DNA of 64,000 nt, from positions 96,001 to 160,000 of the forward strand of contig CP169074.1 of the NCBI GenBank assembly GCA_041891055.1. Direction: 5' to 3'. Below are positions 1 through 9,761 of this stretch, one piece after another. A program made the position numbers and the translations under genes. This stretch comes from Halorutilales archaeon Cl-col2-1 (GTDB taxonomy: Archaea; Halobacteriota; Halobacteria; Halobacteriales; Afararchaeaceae). The notes under the pieces were generated by a model, which ran no database searches, had not been told where the DNA came from, and worked only from the letters and a program-made list of their open reading frames with translations. The first letter of the stretch is position 1. Each line of letters begins with the position of its first letter.

Positions 1-2711
1 CCTCCGTCAGCCCCGGTCGTGTTCTTTACGTCCCTGACAGCCTGAGTCGCCACGGTCGAGTTAGACACACGTGACCCCGTCGAGTTGACGACTTCGAGAC
101 GGTTTCCGAGCGGATTGGTGTTGTTGTACTCGAAGATGTAGTAAGACTCGCCGCCGAGGTCTGTCTTTCCGACATACCGGTTCCCTGAGTCGAAGAAGAC
201 GACCGACTCCGGAGGCGTAGGCACGTCGACGCTCGAATTAGAAGACGACTCAGATCCGGGGTTGAAGCTCGTCGTCGAGAAGTTCTGTTCGAAGGGCTCG
301 ACTTCGACTTCGAAGCTTCGGTTGGTCGAGCCGCTCGAATACTGTATAGTCTTCTCACCCGTCGTGAGAGCCGTCGCCTCCACTGAGAGCGTGTCGGTAC
401 TGTTAGACTCCCAGTCACCCTCGGCTGTTACGACTATGCTACCGTAGGTGTAGCTCACGTCGAGCCCTGACGACGAGGACGACTCGGAGACAGCAAAGCT
501 CGAAGGGAAGGTGAGCGAGTGGGAGCCGAATCCCGTGCCACCCGTGTTACGGCTCGTGAGATTGACTATGATCGAGTCAGCCGTGTTGACCTCAGAGGGG
601 TGGTCTACGTCTACGAAGCTTATATTGGAGGGCGAAGACTCTACGACAGCTTGGGTGTCAGTCTCAGAGTACGAGTAGATTCCGATCCCACGTGGACGTA
701 TCGTGGGGAGACCCTCCGACGTCCTTCCCGTATTTACGACACCTTTGACGAGTATGTCGTTCCCGGCTGCGAGGTCTATTGTCGACGGATACTCGATAAC
801 GAGCTTAGTGCCGTCCTCGCCCCTCACCACGGCTCTGTCAGTCGACTCCTCCTCTTCTACCCCTCTTGTCTCACCGACCTTGACGACTGAGGCGTTGAAA
901 GCGGTACGTCGCGAGTAGATACTCGTAGCCTCGGAGGCGTTCACCATCGTGTACCGGTCTAGAAGACCGAGGTTGCCGGGTATACTCAGACCTCCACGTG
1001 CACCCTCACGCAGGAAAGCAGCACCTCTGACAGAGACAGCGTAATGTGTTGCCGCGCCCTCGCCGACGGTGTACGGTGAAAACACCTCGAAGTCGTCGAC
1101 CTGTATCTCCTCGGTTGAGACGCGTCCCAAGACTGTGTAGTTCTCGGCGAGACGTAGCTGTCCCGCGTGGACGTCTCTCGCGAGTACCGTGTTGTCTCCT
1201 CCATCGAGGTAGACGTCGTCCTCGCCCGCGACAGACTCCTTTATGTACTTGACATACGAGTCGAAGACGACCCTCGCACCCACGAACTCCTCGACCTCGT
1301 CCCTGTCTACTCTTATGTAATGACTGTCGCCGACTGGAACGGCGTCAACTGCCTGGAAAGTACCGAAGGGGTCTGACTGGCGTATCTCCTCGGATCCAGG
1401 TATGGCGTCGTCGTCACCACCCGTGACTGTGTCTCCGTCTACCTCTTCGAGAAAACTGGATATACGGACTATATCGAGTATGTACCACTCACCCTCCTCG
1501 ACCGAGAGACCGAAGTCGGGACGGAGGACTCCGCGGAAGTACTGACGTCTGTTCTGTCTCGGTGGATAGCTCGGGTCTTGTCTCGTGCCGTCGGACGCCC
1601 AGAACTCGACGAGTGCCGCCCTCTCCGACGTGGACTCGACCTTTGCGACGACAGTAGTTCTCTCTCCTAGGTCTAACGAATCGAGTTCAGCGACGGGTGT
1701 GGCGTCGTAGGGCTCCGAAGTCGGGGGGCTCGCGTTCTGGCTGCCTTGGTTCCCGAACGTCTCGGGTGTGAAAATCGGCTCCTTCCTCATCTCTGCTTCT
1801 CCGACTTCGGTGTAGTTCTCGCTGACTATCTGGAACTCGTGGGTGTCGAATCCGACGTCTGCGTTACGTGAGAAAGCCTCGATCCTGTACCTCCCTAGAG
1901 TGTAGCCCTCGGTGTCGAAACCCGATCCGTCGAGGTCGTCTACGTCTGCGAGATCCCATCTTCCGTCGAAGTCTTCCTCGTCGTCGGGGTCTATAGGTAC
2001 CTTCCATCTCTCGACGGTTCTCATCGAGGTACTGTCAGTCGGTGTGTTGAGTTGGTTTATCTCGACGGTAATCTCGTCGACCGTCTTTTCGACGTTCTCT
2101 GAGAACCTGCCTTCGAGACGCCCCGTTATGCTGAGAGTATCGCCCACTACGACGTTACGGTCGAGGTCGTCTATGGTGACATCAGTTCGACGTTCGACGA
2201 CTTCGAAGCTCAGAACCGATATTACGTCGTCGGAGCCCGCCTCCCCCGCCGTCTCGGCTCTCAGGGTCTCCTCAAGCTGTGAGTAGGTCCACTGAGGGTT
2301 GTTCCTGACGAGGCTCTCAAGACTACTTGCTGTATTCGAGGTTCCGAATGTACCGTCACAGCCGCTACTCACCACAATAGCACGGTAGTCGCCCGGATGT
2401 GGTTCAGTAGGCAGGTCGAAGCTAAATCTCCCTGAGCCTCCGGAGTCGAACACAGCCGTGTCGGAGACGAAGCCAGCGTTTGTGTCGTCACGTGTCACGA
2501 CGGCGACGTACTCGGGTGTCTCGTTGGTGTCACGCACCTCACACCGTGAGTCGGATGCCTCGACAGCATATACGTTAGAGTCACCGTCTCCGAAGTATAC
2601 GGTGTTGGTACTCTGGGTCACACGGTAGTCAGACGAGTCCTGTGCGGCTCCGACGGGAAGTAAGAGAAGACACAGAGACGCAACGATAACCAGAGCGGCT
2701 GAGGAACGCAT
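1..2711 (-). CDS. Large secreted cell-surface glycoprotein-like protein (>903 aa, runs off the left edge of the window)
   Basis: Not in the ORF track because no stop lies inside the window. My translation from ATG 2711 begins MRSSAALVIVASLCLLLLPVGAAQD (signal peptide) and the frame stays open to position 3. It is Ser/Thr-rich with many N-x-S/T sequons. The segment RAIVVSSGCDGTFG...AGSDDVISVLSFEV resembles haloarchaeal S-layer glycoprotein domains. Confidence 0.75.
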   Translation of the reverse strand, partial: MRSSAALVIVASLCLLLLPVGAAQDSSDYRVTQSTNTVYFGDGDSNVYAVEASDSRCEVRDTNETPEYVAVVTRDDTNAGFVSDTAVFDSGGSGRFSFDLPTEPHPGDYRAIVVSSGCDGTFGTSNTASSLESLVRNNPQWTYSQLEETLRAETAGEAGSDDVISVLSFEVVERRTDVTIDDLDRNVVVGDTLSITGRLEGRFSENVEKTVDEITVEINQLNTPTDSTSMRTVERWKVPIDPDDEEDFDGRWDLADVDDLDGSGFDTEGYTLGRYRIEAFSRNADVGFDTHEFQIVSENYTEVGEAEMRKEPIFTPETFGNQGSQNASPPTSEPYDATPVAELDSLDLGERTTVVAKVESTSERAALVEFWASDGTRQDPSYPPRQNRRQYFRGVLRPDFGLSVEEGEWYILDIVRISSFLEEVDGDTVTGGDDDAIPGSEEIRQSDPFGTFQAVDAVPVGDSHYIRVDRDEVEEFVGARVVFDSYVKYIKESVAGEDDVYLDGGDNTVLARDVHAGQLRLAENYTVLGRVSTEEIQVDDFEVFSPYTVGEGAATHYAVSVRGAAFLREGARGGLSIPGNLGLLDRYTMVNASEATSIYSRRTAFNASVVKVGETRGVEEEESTDRAVVRGEDGTKLVIEYPSTIDLAAGNDILVKGVVNTGRTSEGLPTIRPRGIGIYSYSETDTQAVVESSPSNISFVDVDHPSEVNTADSIIVNLTSRNTGGTGFGSHSLTFPSSFAVSESSSSSGLDVSYTYGSIVVTAEGDWESNSTDTLSVEATALTTGEKTIQYSSGSTNRSFEVEVEPFEQNFSTTSFNPGSESSSNSSVDVPTPPESVVFFDSGNRYVGKTDLGGESYYIFEYNNTNPLGNRLEVVNSTGSRVSNSTVATQAVRDVKNTTGADG

Positions 2712-2759
2712 CTTTTGTCTACTCTACTGAGCCTCGACGTATAAGAAGTTGGGTAAGAG

Positions 2760-4046
2760 TTATCCCACGACGTCGGTCACCGACTCGGCGATCCCGAGTA
2801 GCTTCGCGTCCTCGAAGCTTCCCGCGGTAATCTGGAGACCCACGGGGAGTCCGTCGACGTCGCCCGCTGGGAGGCTTATCGAGGGCACACCCGCTAAGTT
2901 GACGGGAGTAGTGTTTGCGTCGGCGAGGTACATCTGCATCGGGTCGTCGAGTGTCTCGCCTATACGGAAGGGAGTCACGGGCATAGTCGGCGAGGCAACC
3001 ACGTCGGCTTCGTCGAGAGCCTCGTCGAAGTCTCTCTTTACGAGTTCTCGGGCGTTCTGTGCCTTCTTGTAGTACTTTCCGTGGTAGCCCTCGCTCAGGG
3101 CGTAGGTTCCGAGCATTATACGGCGTTTGACCTCCTCTCCGAAACGGCTCCTCGCCTCCGAGAAAGCCTCGTTCCAGCTCTTGCCCTCTGGGTCGTCGGC
3201 TTTTCCGTACCTCACGCCGTCGAAACGCGCGAGGTTACTCGATGCCTCTCCCATGGCTATGACGTAGTAGGCGGCGAGTGCGTGTTCGAGACTCGGGAGG
3301 GAGACATAATGGTACGACGCGCCGGCGTCTTCGAGTTGGTCGAGTGCCGCCTCGAAGACCTCACGGACGCCGTCCTCTGTGCCTTCTCCGATAAGCTCCT
3401 CGGGAACCGCGATACTGAGACCGTCGACGTCTACGGGGTCTTCGACGGCTTCGACGTAACTCCCGTCGGTCGGTGCAGAAGTAGACGTCGAGTCGTTGTC
3501 GTCTTCCCCCGCGATTACGTCGAGGACACGTGCGACCGTCTCTACGTCACGTGCCATCGGACCTATGGTTTCGAGAGAGTTGGCGTAGGCGATCAGACCG
3601 TAACGGGAGACGAGACCGTAAGTGGGCTTGAGACCGACGATTCCACAGAAGGCGGCGGGACACCGTACCGAGCCGCCGGTGTCAGTCCCGAGTGCGGCGT
3701 CGACCTCTCCCGAGGCGACAGCGGCGGCACTTCCTCCCGACGACCCTCCGGGAACGTACTCCTCGTTGACGGGGTTCTTCGTGGAGCCGTAGGCACTCGT
3801 CTCTGTCGTCGTACCCATTCCGAACTCGTCCATGTTGGTCTTTCCGAGTATTCTCGCGCCCTCGTCCTTGAGACGGCTCACAGCCGTGGCGTCGTAGGGC
3901 GGGACGTAGCCTTCGAGAACCTCGGAGCCACACGTCGTCTCGACCCCCTCGGTGGATATGTTGTCCTTGACTCCGATGGTGAGGTCGGAGAGTTTGCCGT
4001 CGCCACCGCCTATCTCACACCGGCTTATGAATGCGTTGTAGCTCAT
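2760..4046 (-). CDS. gatA: Asp/Glu-tRNA amidotransferase subunit A
   Basis: Amidase signature GGSSGGSAAAV, GTDTGGSVRCPA and SNLARFDGVRYG; adjacent to gatC. Confidence 0.96.
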   Translation of the reverse strand: MSYNAFISRCEIGGGDGKLSDLTIGVKDNISTEGVETTCGSEVLEGYVPPYDATAVSRLKDEGARILGKTNMDEFGMGTTTETSAYGSTKNPVNEEYVPGGSSGGSAAAVASGEVDAALGTDTGGSVRCPAAFCGIVGLKPTYGLVSRYGLIAYANSLETIGPMARDVETVARVLDVIAGEDDNDSTSTSAPTDGSYVEAVEDPVDVDGLSIAVPEELIGEGTEDGVREVFEAALDQLEDAGASYHYVSLPSLEHALAAYYVIAMGEASSNLARFDGVRYGKADDPEGKSWNEAFSEARSRFGEEVKRRIMLGTYALSEGYHGKYYKKAQNARELVKRDFDEALDEADVVASPTMPVTPFRIGETLDDPMQMYLADANTTPVNLAGVPSISLPAGDVDGLPVGLQITAGSFEDAKLLGIAESVTDVVG

Positions 4047-4048
4047 CT

Positions 4049-4357
4049 TTAGTCTGACTCCGACACCTTAGGTGCCTTTACGTATCCGTCCTCGGTCTCG
4101 GGAGCGTTTTCGAGGACATCTTCCTGTGGGAGCGACGCCTCGACCTCGTCTTCCCTCATGACGTTCTCGAAGTCGTCGGATCTCTCGACGTCGTCGGGAA
4201 TCTCGTCGAGACCCTCGAAGTAGTCGAGTATCTGGTTGAAGTCGTCTACGAAGGGCTCGACCTCGTCTTCGTCGAGATCTATACGTGCGAGGTCGGCGAT
4301 ATGTTCGACGTCGTCACGTCCGAGCTGTGTGTCGGTACCCGTGTCGGTGTCGGTCAT
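4049..4357 (-). CDS. gatC: Asp/Glu-tRNA amidotransferase subunit C
   Basis: VEHIADLARIDL, NVMREDEV and NAPETEDGYVKAPKV motifs; ATG 4357 preferred over the upstream TTG. Confidence 0.93.
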   Translation of the reverse strand: MTDTDTGTDTQLGRDDVEHIADLARIDLDEDEVEPFVDDFNQILDYFEGLDEIPDDVERSDDFENVMREDEVEASLPQEDVLENAPETEDGYVKAPKVSESD

Positions 4358-4413
4358 ACACGACAAGATACTCCGGAGCGCATAAAGAGTTTCTCAAGAC
4401 ATCCGGTTTCGAA

Positions 4414-4860
4414 TCAGCATCTCTCGTCTATGACCGCGTCTATGATCGAGGTAGTAGAGAGTATCTCGTAGTCGCGCTCCTCTCTCTTGCCTACTCTCAC
4501 GACTTCTATCTCGAATCCCCTGTCTTCGAGCTCTTCCTCAAGCTCCTCCTCGGAGTAGTACTGGTCGTAGCCGAGTGTGATTACGTCGGGGTCGAGGTCT
4601 TCGAGCGGGTCGAATATAGAGTCCTCGCTCCCGAGTACGGCGGTATCGACGGGATCGAGAGCCTCGACCATATCACGTCTCTGTCTCCCGGGTACCACGG
4701 GAGGCTCCTTGTGGTCTATCATAGACTCACGCGCAACAATGACGTGAAGCTCGTCGCCTAGCTCCCTCGACTCCGAGAGGTAATGGAGATGTCCCGGGTG
4801 GAGTAGATCGAAGGTACCCGTTGCGAGCACGCGAGTCTGCGTCTCTGCCGTCTCAGTCAT
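4414..4860 (-). CDS. ribL: Archaeal FAD synthetase (cytidylyltransferase family)
   Basis: ATGTFDLLHPGHLHYL HxGH motif, PDVITLGYDQ and C-terminal STTSII. Confidence 0.88.
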   Translation of the reverse strand: MTETAETQTRVLATGTFDLLHPGHLHYLSESRELGDELHVIVARESMIDHKEPPVVPGRQRRDMVEALDPVDTAVLGSEDSIFDPLEDLDPDVITLGYDQYYSEEELEEELEDRGFEIEVVRVGKREERDYEILSTTSIIDAVIDERC

Positions 4861-4863
4861 GTC

Positions 4864-4945
4864 TCAAATCCCTCCCTAATGGAGGGATTTGTGATCATCC
4901 CGAATCTGTGATTCGCGGGTACACGAGAATGAATTCTCGTGATCA
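4864..4945. repeat. Cluster of three short palindromes in an intergenic gap
   Basis: caaatccctcc-ctaat-ggagggatttg, cgaatc-tgt-gattcg and cacgagaat-ga-attctcgtg, with gtgatcat occurring twice. Confidence 0.65.
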
Positions 4946-4959
4946 TCTCGAAAATTATA

Positions 4960-5460
4960 TTATTTTCGCTCATCTCTCAACTCTTCTTCGGTGAAGTCAA
5001 AAAAGTCATCGTCTTCGTGTTCGTCGTCTAAATCGACGTCGAGGACGTCTATTTCCCTCTCTATGCCCCTGTCGTCGTAACACTCCCACGAGTTACGCGT
5101 GTAGGGATGTCCGACTATTATGTGGTAGTTGCCCTTCTTAGAGAATGTATCGAGATCCTGCTGACTCGGTATCGTGTTTCCCGAGGGATGTGAGTGGACG
5201 GTTCCAACTGTCGAGGCGTTCGTAGGTGTGGGTATCATCTCATCCCTCATCGTGGCTATCGCCTCACCCGACTCAGTACCCGGAACTACGACGACATCTG
5301 TTATCACGAGTCCGTCGCGGTCTATCCCGAGACGTCTCGCCTGAGTCGTACTCAGGAGACCCAGGAACTCGTTGGGATGGGTGTCACGGCACGTCGCTAG
5401 TATGAACTCAACCGTCTCGTCGGCGATTCCGAGGACGTTTCTGGATCTGAAGAGTCTCAT
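4960..5460 (-). CDS. Mov34/MPN (JAMM) family metalloprotease
   Basis: HPNEF and GTVHSHPSGNTIPSQQDL (E...HxH-x7-S-x2-D JAMM motif); acidic tail. Confidence 0.9.
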   Translation of the reverse strand: MRLFRSRNVLGIADETVEFILATCRDTHPNEFLGLLSTTQARRLGIDRDGLVITDVVVVPGTESGEAIATMRDEMIPTPTNASTVGTVHSHPSGNTIPSQQDLDTFSKKGNYHIIVGHPYTRNSWECYDDRGIEREIDVLDVDLDDEHEDDDFFDFTEEELRDERK

Positions 5461-6140
5461 CTGAGTAGGATGTCTAAAGTCTGTCTGACCTCCGAGACCG
5501 TAAGCTGTCCGGGGGCTGTCGAGTCGTCACCGAGAGACGCATACGTCAGACGCGACCCGTAGAGGGGCGCGACGACGCGCGAGTGAGAGCCTTTCTCCCC
5601 CATCGCTATGGTACAGACATCGCCGTCGTATTCGAGTGTAGCCTCCAAGAGCCGGAGAACGTCGTCTCTCGACTCTGCTTGGACGGCGAGTTTGGGAACC
5701 CCAATACCGGAAGCTTCCGATAATATTTCGCGTATCTCGTCGTCGGAGGGAGTCGAGTCAAAGTCGTGGTACGAGGCGATTACAGTCGCCTCGGCGTCGT
5801 CGGCGGCATCGAGTACCTCGTCGTGAACCTCGTCGGAGGCGTTTAGCTCGACGTCGACTGCATCCGCGTACTCCGCAGCGCGTCTGAGGGTCTCGACACG
5901 TGCGTCCTCGTCGCCCTCGAAGTCCCCGCCCTCCCAACTCGGACGGTTGGTGGCTATAACCGGGAGGTCGACGTCGGAGTCGGTGAGACTCCGGAGACCG
6001 TCGAGTGGATCGCCGTCGGGATCGTATAGATCGAGACGTACCTCAACTGCGTCGGCTCCTCTCTCGTCGGCTTCACGTGCGTTTTCGACGAGGTCGGAAG
6101 TCAGACTTGCGACAACGAGGGGCTGTGAGAAATCTAGCAT
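5457..6140 (-). CDS. aroD: Type I 3-dehydroquinate dehydratase
   Basis: AVEVRLD, TNRPSWEGG, SYHDF, IAMG, SRVVAPLYGS and TAPGQL motifs. Confidence 0.95.
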   Translation of the reverse strand: MLDFSQPLVVASLTSDLVENAREADERGADAVEVRLDLYDPDGDPLDGLRSLTDSDVDLPVIATNRPSWEGGDFEGDEDARVETLRRAAEYADAVDVELNASDEVHDEVLDAADDAEATVIASYHDFDSTPSDDEIREILSEASGIGVPKLAVQAESRDDVLRLLEATLEYDGDVCTIAMGEKGSHSRVVAPLYGSRLTYASLGDDSTAPGQLTVSEVRQTLDILLR

Positions 6141-6162
6141 CAGTTTCGATTGAGTTTGAGTT

Positions 6163-7311
6163 TTATTTTTCGAGAACGCTCTCCTCGACCTGTGTTCCGA
6201 AATGTCTCCCGCCTTCTTCTATGTATATCTTAATCTCGTCTCCCTCGTCTATCTCGGTCACCGACTTCGGACCGTCGGGTGTCACGAGCTTTATCGTCTC
6301 GGCGTTCTGGAGTAACGTCCTGTATCTCTCGCCGTCCTTCTCGACCTCGACGAGCATCATGGGGCGTTTCTCTATCTTCGACCTGCCGACTATCGACTGT
6401 CTCGTCTCGCCGTCCTCGTCGACTATGAGGACGTCGTCTCCGGCTTCGAGTTCGCTGAGGTACTTCGTCTCTCCGCCGGGGACACGTATGTAGGCGTGGA
6501 CGGCTCCAGCGTTGACTCGGAAGGGGCGTGACGCGACGTAGGGCGACTCGGCGGTCTCTGCGTGTACGAGGAAGAGACCGCTTGACATAGACCCGACGAG
6601 CATTCCCTCTCCTGGCTCCATGAGCGTCGCGGTGTCGACACAGACCCTGTCAGCCATCTCGGTGGGCTCGACAGTCGTGACCTCTGCGGTCGTGAGATCG
6701 ATCTCCTCCGATTCCGCCCTGTCCCTCGCCTCTACTGTGTCCTTTATGACTCCGGGATCGTCGGTGTCTAAGAGGACACCGTCGGAGCCTATTTCGAGTG
6801 TCTCGAATGCTGTCTCCGCCTCCTCCGCCGAGTCGACTCCTGCTATAAGCTGGGTCTCGTCTCCTACGTCGGCGATCAGGTTTTCGAGAGGGATTATCTT
6901 CCAGTCCTCTCCTATCGCGACGACGTAGTCGGCGTCCTTAGCCGCCTCCGCCGCGAACCTCTCGTACTCCTTGTTCTGTATCTCGACGTAGCTCGCGACA
7001 TTGCGGTCGTCGATCTGTCTTACTTTCGATAGGTCGCTTGATCCCCCTAAGTCAGGAGGGAACTCGGTCGTTCCGTCGCCCTCGGCGTCCTTTCCGACTA
7101 CGACGACGTCGGCGTCTGTCTCGACCTCCTTCGATGTGTTCGAGTCGACGAAAGCCGCTACCTTCGTCTCTCCGAGTTCGCGCACCTTCTCGACGTCTTC
7201 GTCGTCGACGAGTATGTAGTCGACGCCGCTCTCTATCGCTGCCGTAATCAGGGGAAGTCTGTCGTCCCAGTCGCCCTCGTCCGCCTTGTACCATACCTCT
7301 TTCTCTGTCAT
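6163..7311 (-). CDS. aroB': 3-dehydroquinate synthase II (archaeal AroB')
   Basis: DWKIIPLENLIA, DRVCVDT, RPFRVNAGAVHAY, LQNAETI and GRHFG motifs. Confidence 0.95.
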   Translation of the reverse strand: MTEKEVWYKADEGDWDDRLPLITAAIESGVDYILVDDEDVEKVRELGETKVAAFVDSNTSKEVETDADVVVVGKDAEGDGTTEFPPDLGGSSDLSKVRQIDDRNVASYVEIQNKEYERFAAEAAKDADYVVAIGEDWKIIPLENLIADVGDETQLIAGVDSAEEAETAFETLEIGSDGVLLDTDDPGVIKDTVEARDRAESEEIDLTTAEVTTVEPTEMADRVCVDTATLMEPGEGMLVGSMSSGLFLVHAETAESPYVASRPFRVNAGAVHAYIRVPGGETKYLSELEAGDDVLIVDEDGETRQSIVGRSKIEKRPMMLVEVEKDGERYRTLLQNAETIKLVTPDGPKSVTEIDEGDEIKIYIEEGGRHFGTQVEESVLEK

Positions 7312-8096
7312 AGTCCCGACTCCTCCATCGCCTCATCTACCGAGACGCCGCCGTGGACAATCGAGGAGATCGCATTTACCATAGACGGGACGTTGTCCCT
7401 CTGGAAGACGTTTCTTCCCATCGCGACACCTCTCGCTCCGACGTCCATCGCGTCACTTATGTCCTGGAGAACCTCCCTCTCTGTCTCAGCCTTGGGTCCG
7501 CCGGCTATAACGACGGGCGCGGGACAGCCCTCTATGACCTGTCTGTACTCGTCGGGGTCTCCGGTGTAGGCGGTCTTTACGACATCGGCTCCGAGTTCGG
7601 CTCCTATACGTGTCGCATGGGCTATGTTCTCGACGTCGGCGCTGTCGACGTCGTGTCCACGTACGTACATCATAGCTACGAGAGGCATACCGTACTTCTC
7701 ACACTCGTCGGCGACCTTACCGAGATCCTGAAGCTGCTGTGGCTCGGTTTCGCTTCCGACGTTGACCTGTACAGAGACGGCGTCGGCGCCGCGGCGCACA
7801 GCCTCCTCCACGGTTCCTACGAGAACCTTGTTGTTAGGCTCGCCGAGAGAAGTAGCCGCGTTTATGTGGACGATCAGACCCATGTCACGTCCCTTTCCTC
7901 TGTGTCCCTCACTCACTATACCTTTCTGCATCAGAACAGCGTCGCCGCCGCCCTCTGCTATGTCGTTTACCGTGGATTCGAGATCTCTTAGCCCCTCGAC
8001 GGGGCCAATAGAGACGCCGTGATCCATTGGGATAATTACGAAGTTCTTCGACTCCCTGTCACGTATCCTGTCGAGCCGTATCTCCTTACCAATCAT
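7308..8096 (-). CDS. aroA': 2-amino-3,7-dideoxy-D-threo-hept-6-ulosonate synthase (class I aldolase)
   Basis: PMDHGVSIGP, GAELGADVVKT, IAGGPK and MGRNVFQ motifs; directly upstream of aroB' with a 4-bp overlap. Confidence 0.9.
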   Translation of the reverse strand: MIGKEIRLDRIRDRESKNFVIIPMDHGVSIGPVEGLRDLESTVNDIAEGGGDAVLMQKGIVSEGHRGKGRDMGLIVHINAATSLGEPNNKVLVGTVEEAVRRGADAVSVQVNVGSETEPQQLQDLGKVADECEKYGMPLVAMMYVRGHDVDSADVENIAHATRIGAELGADVVKTAYTGDPDEYRQVIEGCPAPVVIAGGPKAETEREVLQDISDAMDVGARGVAMGRNVFQRDNVPSMVNAISSIVHGGVSVDEAMEESGL

Positions 8097-8155
8097 GTGA
8101 TAACCTATATCATGCCAGAGTATTTTATGGTTGTCCTTCAGTTCAGAGAAAAAAG

Positions 8156-8395
8156 TCAGTCGCCTAGTGCTTCGGCGACCGTGTCGGCGAGGTCGTCGGC
8201 GTTCTCGAACGGGAAGTCGTCGCTTATTGCCTTGCCTATCTCGACCGCAGAGAACGACTCTCCGTCAACCTCTACAGTTGTCGAGAGACCGTCGGGGAGA
8301 TGCGGGACGAGATCCATTGGCTTCTCTACGGGGTAGCTCGCGTCCTCTACGACCTCGTAGATCCTGTCACGCAGATCCTCAGTATCGGTATCCAT
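8156..8395 (-). CDS. MTH865 family protein
   Basis: YPVEKPMDLVPHLPDG...DFPFENADDL pattern; ~80 aa, acidic. Confidence 0.8.
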   Translation of the reverse strand: MDTDTEDLRDRIYEVVEDASYPVEKPMDLVPHLPDGLSTTVEVDGESFSAVEIGKAISDDFPFENADDLADTVAEALGD

Positions 8396-8492
8396 ACAGA
8401 CGCGTTTCGGCGAGTTAACAAACATCTTTTCATAACCAGAGGTTATATCCTGAGTAGAAAATATTATAACCGTGCATTACATCTCTGGCTGT

Positions 8493-9761
8493 ATGAGCCA
8501 TGTCAAGGGACTAAGATGCAGGGAGTGTGGGGAGGAGTATCCGGCGGTAATGAAGAATACGTGTGAGTCGTGTTTCGGACCTCTCGAAGTTGAGTACGAC
8601 TGGAGTGAGGTAGACGTATCGCGCGAGGAGATAGAGTCAGGTCCGAACTCGATCTGGAGGTACGCCGACCTTCTTCCGATAGACAACGAGGACTCGGTCG
8701 TCGACCTCGGGACAGGATTCAACCATCTCTACGAGGCGGACAACCTAGCCGACGAACTCGGAATAGGAGAGCTCTACATACTCAACGACTCGGTGAACCC
8801 GAGCTTCTCGTTCAAGGACCGTGTCACGGGGGTCGCGGTCGCAAAGGCGATAGAGTTCGGCGTAGACGCGATAGGCTGTGCGTCGACGGGTAACTTAGCT
8901 TCGAGTGTCGCTGCTCACGCCGCGAAGGCGGATCTTCCGGCTTACATCTTCATACCCGACACGATAGAGAAGGGCAAGATAACACAGACACTGACGTATG
9001 ACCCTGAGATAGTTCCTGTTGAGGGCAACTACGACGACGCCAACAGGCTCGCCACCGAGGTCGCCGATGAGAACGGCTGGGGATTCGTCAACATCAACCT
9101 GCGTCCCTACTACACAGAGGGTTCGAACACGATGGCTTACGAGGTCGCCGAACAGCTCGGCTGGGAGGCTCCCGACCACGTCGTCCATCCGATGGCGGCG
9201 GGTGCGTCTCTCCTGTCGGTTCAGAAGGGATACAAGCAGCTTGAGAAGCTCGGTCTGATAGAAGACGGCGATGTCAAGATGAGCGGATCACAGCCCGAGG
9301 GATTCCCGATAGCCGAGGCTGTGAGAAACGACGAGCCCGTGAAGCCGATACAGGAGTACGAGACACTCGCTCACTCTCTCGCGATAGGAAGTCCCGCCGA
9401 CGGATTCTACGCCAAGGACGCGATACTCGAGTCGGGAGGATACGCCGCAAACCCCGACGACGACGCCATCATCGAGGGTATCAAGCTCCTCGCACGCACC
9501 GAGGGAATATTCACAGAGCCCGCGGGAGGTACGACAGTCGCGGGTCTCAGACAGCTCGCCGAGGAGGGACGTATCGACGACGACGAGACCGTAGTCGTCA
9601 ACATAACCGGAAACGGTCTCAAGGCAGAGAGTACTCTCTCGGAGTTCGTGACTGTACCCGAGAGTATATCTCCGAGTATCGGTGAGTTCGAGGACAGGAA
9701 GCAGAGACAGAAGAGCAAGACCAAGAGCAAGAAAGAGGCAGTTCCTGGAGGTGATTACTAA
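8493..9761 (+). CDS. thrC: Threonine synthase-like PLP enzyme (possible O-phosphohomoserine sulfhydrylase)
   Basis: N-terminal CRECG...CESC Zn ribbon, SFKDR PLP lysine, CASTGN and ITGNGLK. Its TAATG overlaps the start of a downstream MoaD/ThiS gene. Confidence 0.85.
   Translation: MSHVKGLRCRECGEEYPAVMKNTCESCFGPLEVEYDWSEVDVSREEIESGPNSIWRYADLLPIDNEDSVVDLGTGFNHLYEADNLADELGIGELYILNDSVNPSFSFKDRVTGVAVAKAIEFGVDAIGCASTGNLASSVAAHAAKADLPAYIFIPDTIEKGKITQTLTYDPEIVPVEGNYDDANRLATEVADENGWGFVNINLRPYYTEGSNTMAYEVAEQLGWEAPDHVVHPMAAGASLLSVQKGYKQLEKLGLIEDGDVKMSGSQPEGFPIAEAVRNDEPVKPIQEYETLAHSLAIGSPADGFYAKDAILESGGYAANPDDDAIIEGIKLLARTEGIFTEPAGGTTVAGLRQLAEEGRIDDDETVVVNITGNGLKAESTLSEFVTVPESISPSIGEFEDRKQRQKSKTKSKKEAVPGGDY

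Noticed and set aside
26-2286. Short ORF-track calls in the first 2.3 kb
   Set aside because: All overlap the single long minus-strand ORF starting at 2711, which explains the region.
3081-4052. Long antisense ORFs (323 aa here; also 33846-34796, 41283-42146 and 61387-62460)
   Set aside because: These are shadow frames opposite well-supported genes, expected from GC-rich, GAC/GAG/GTC-rich codon usage, and they carry no motifs.
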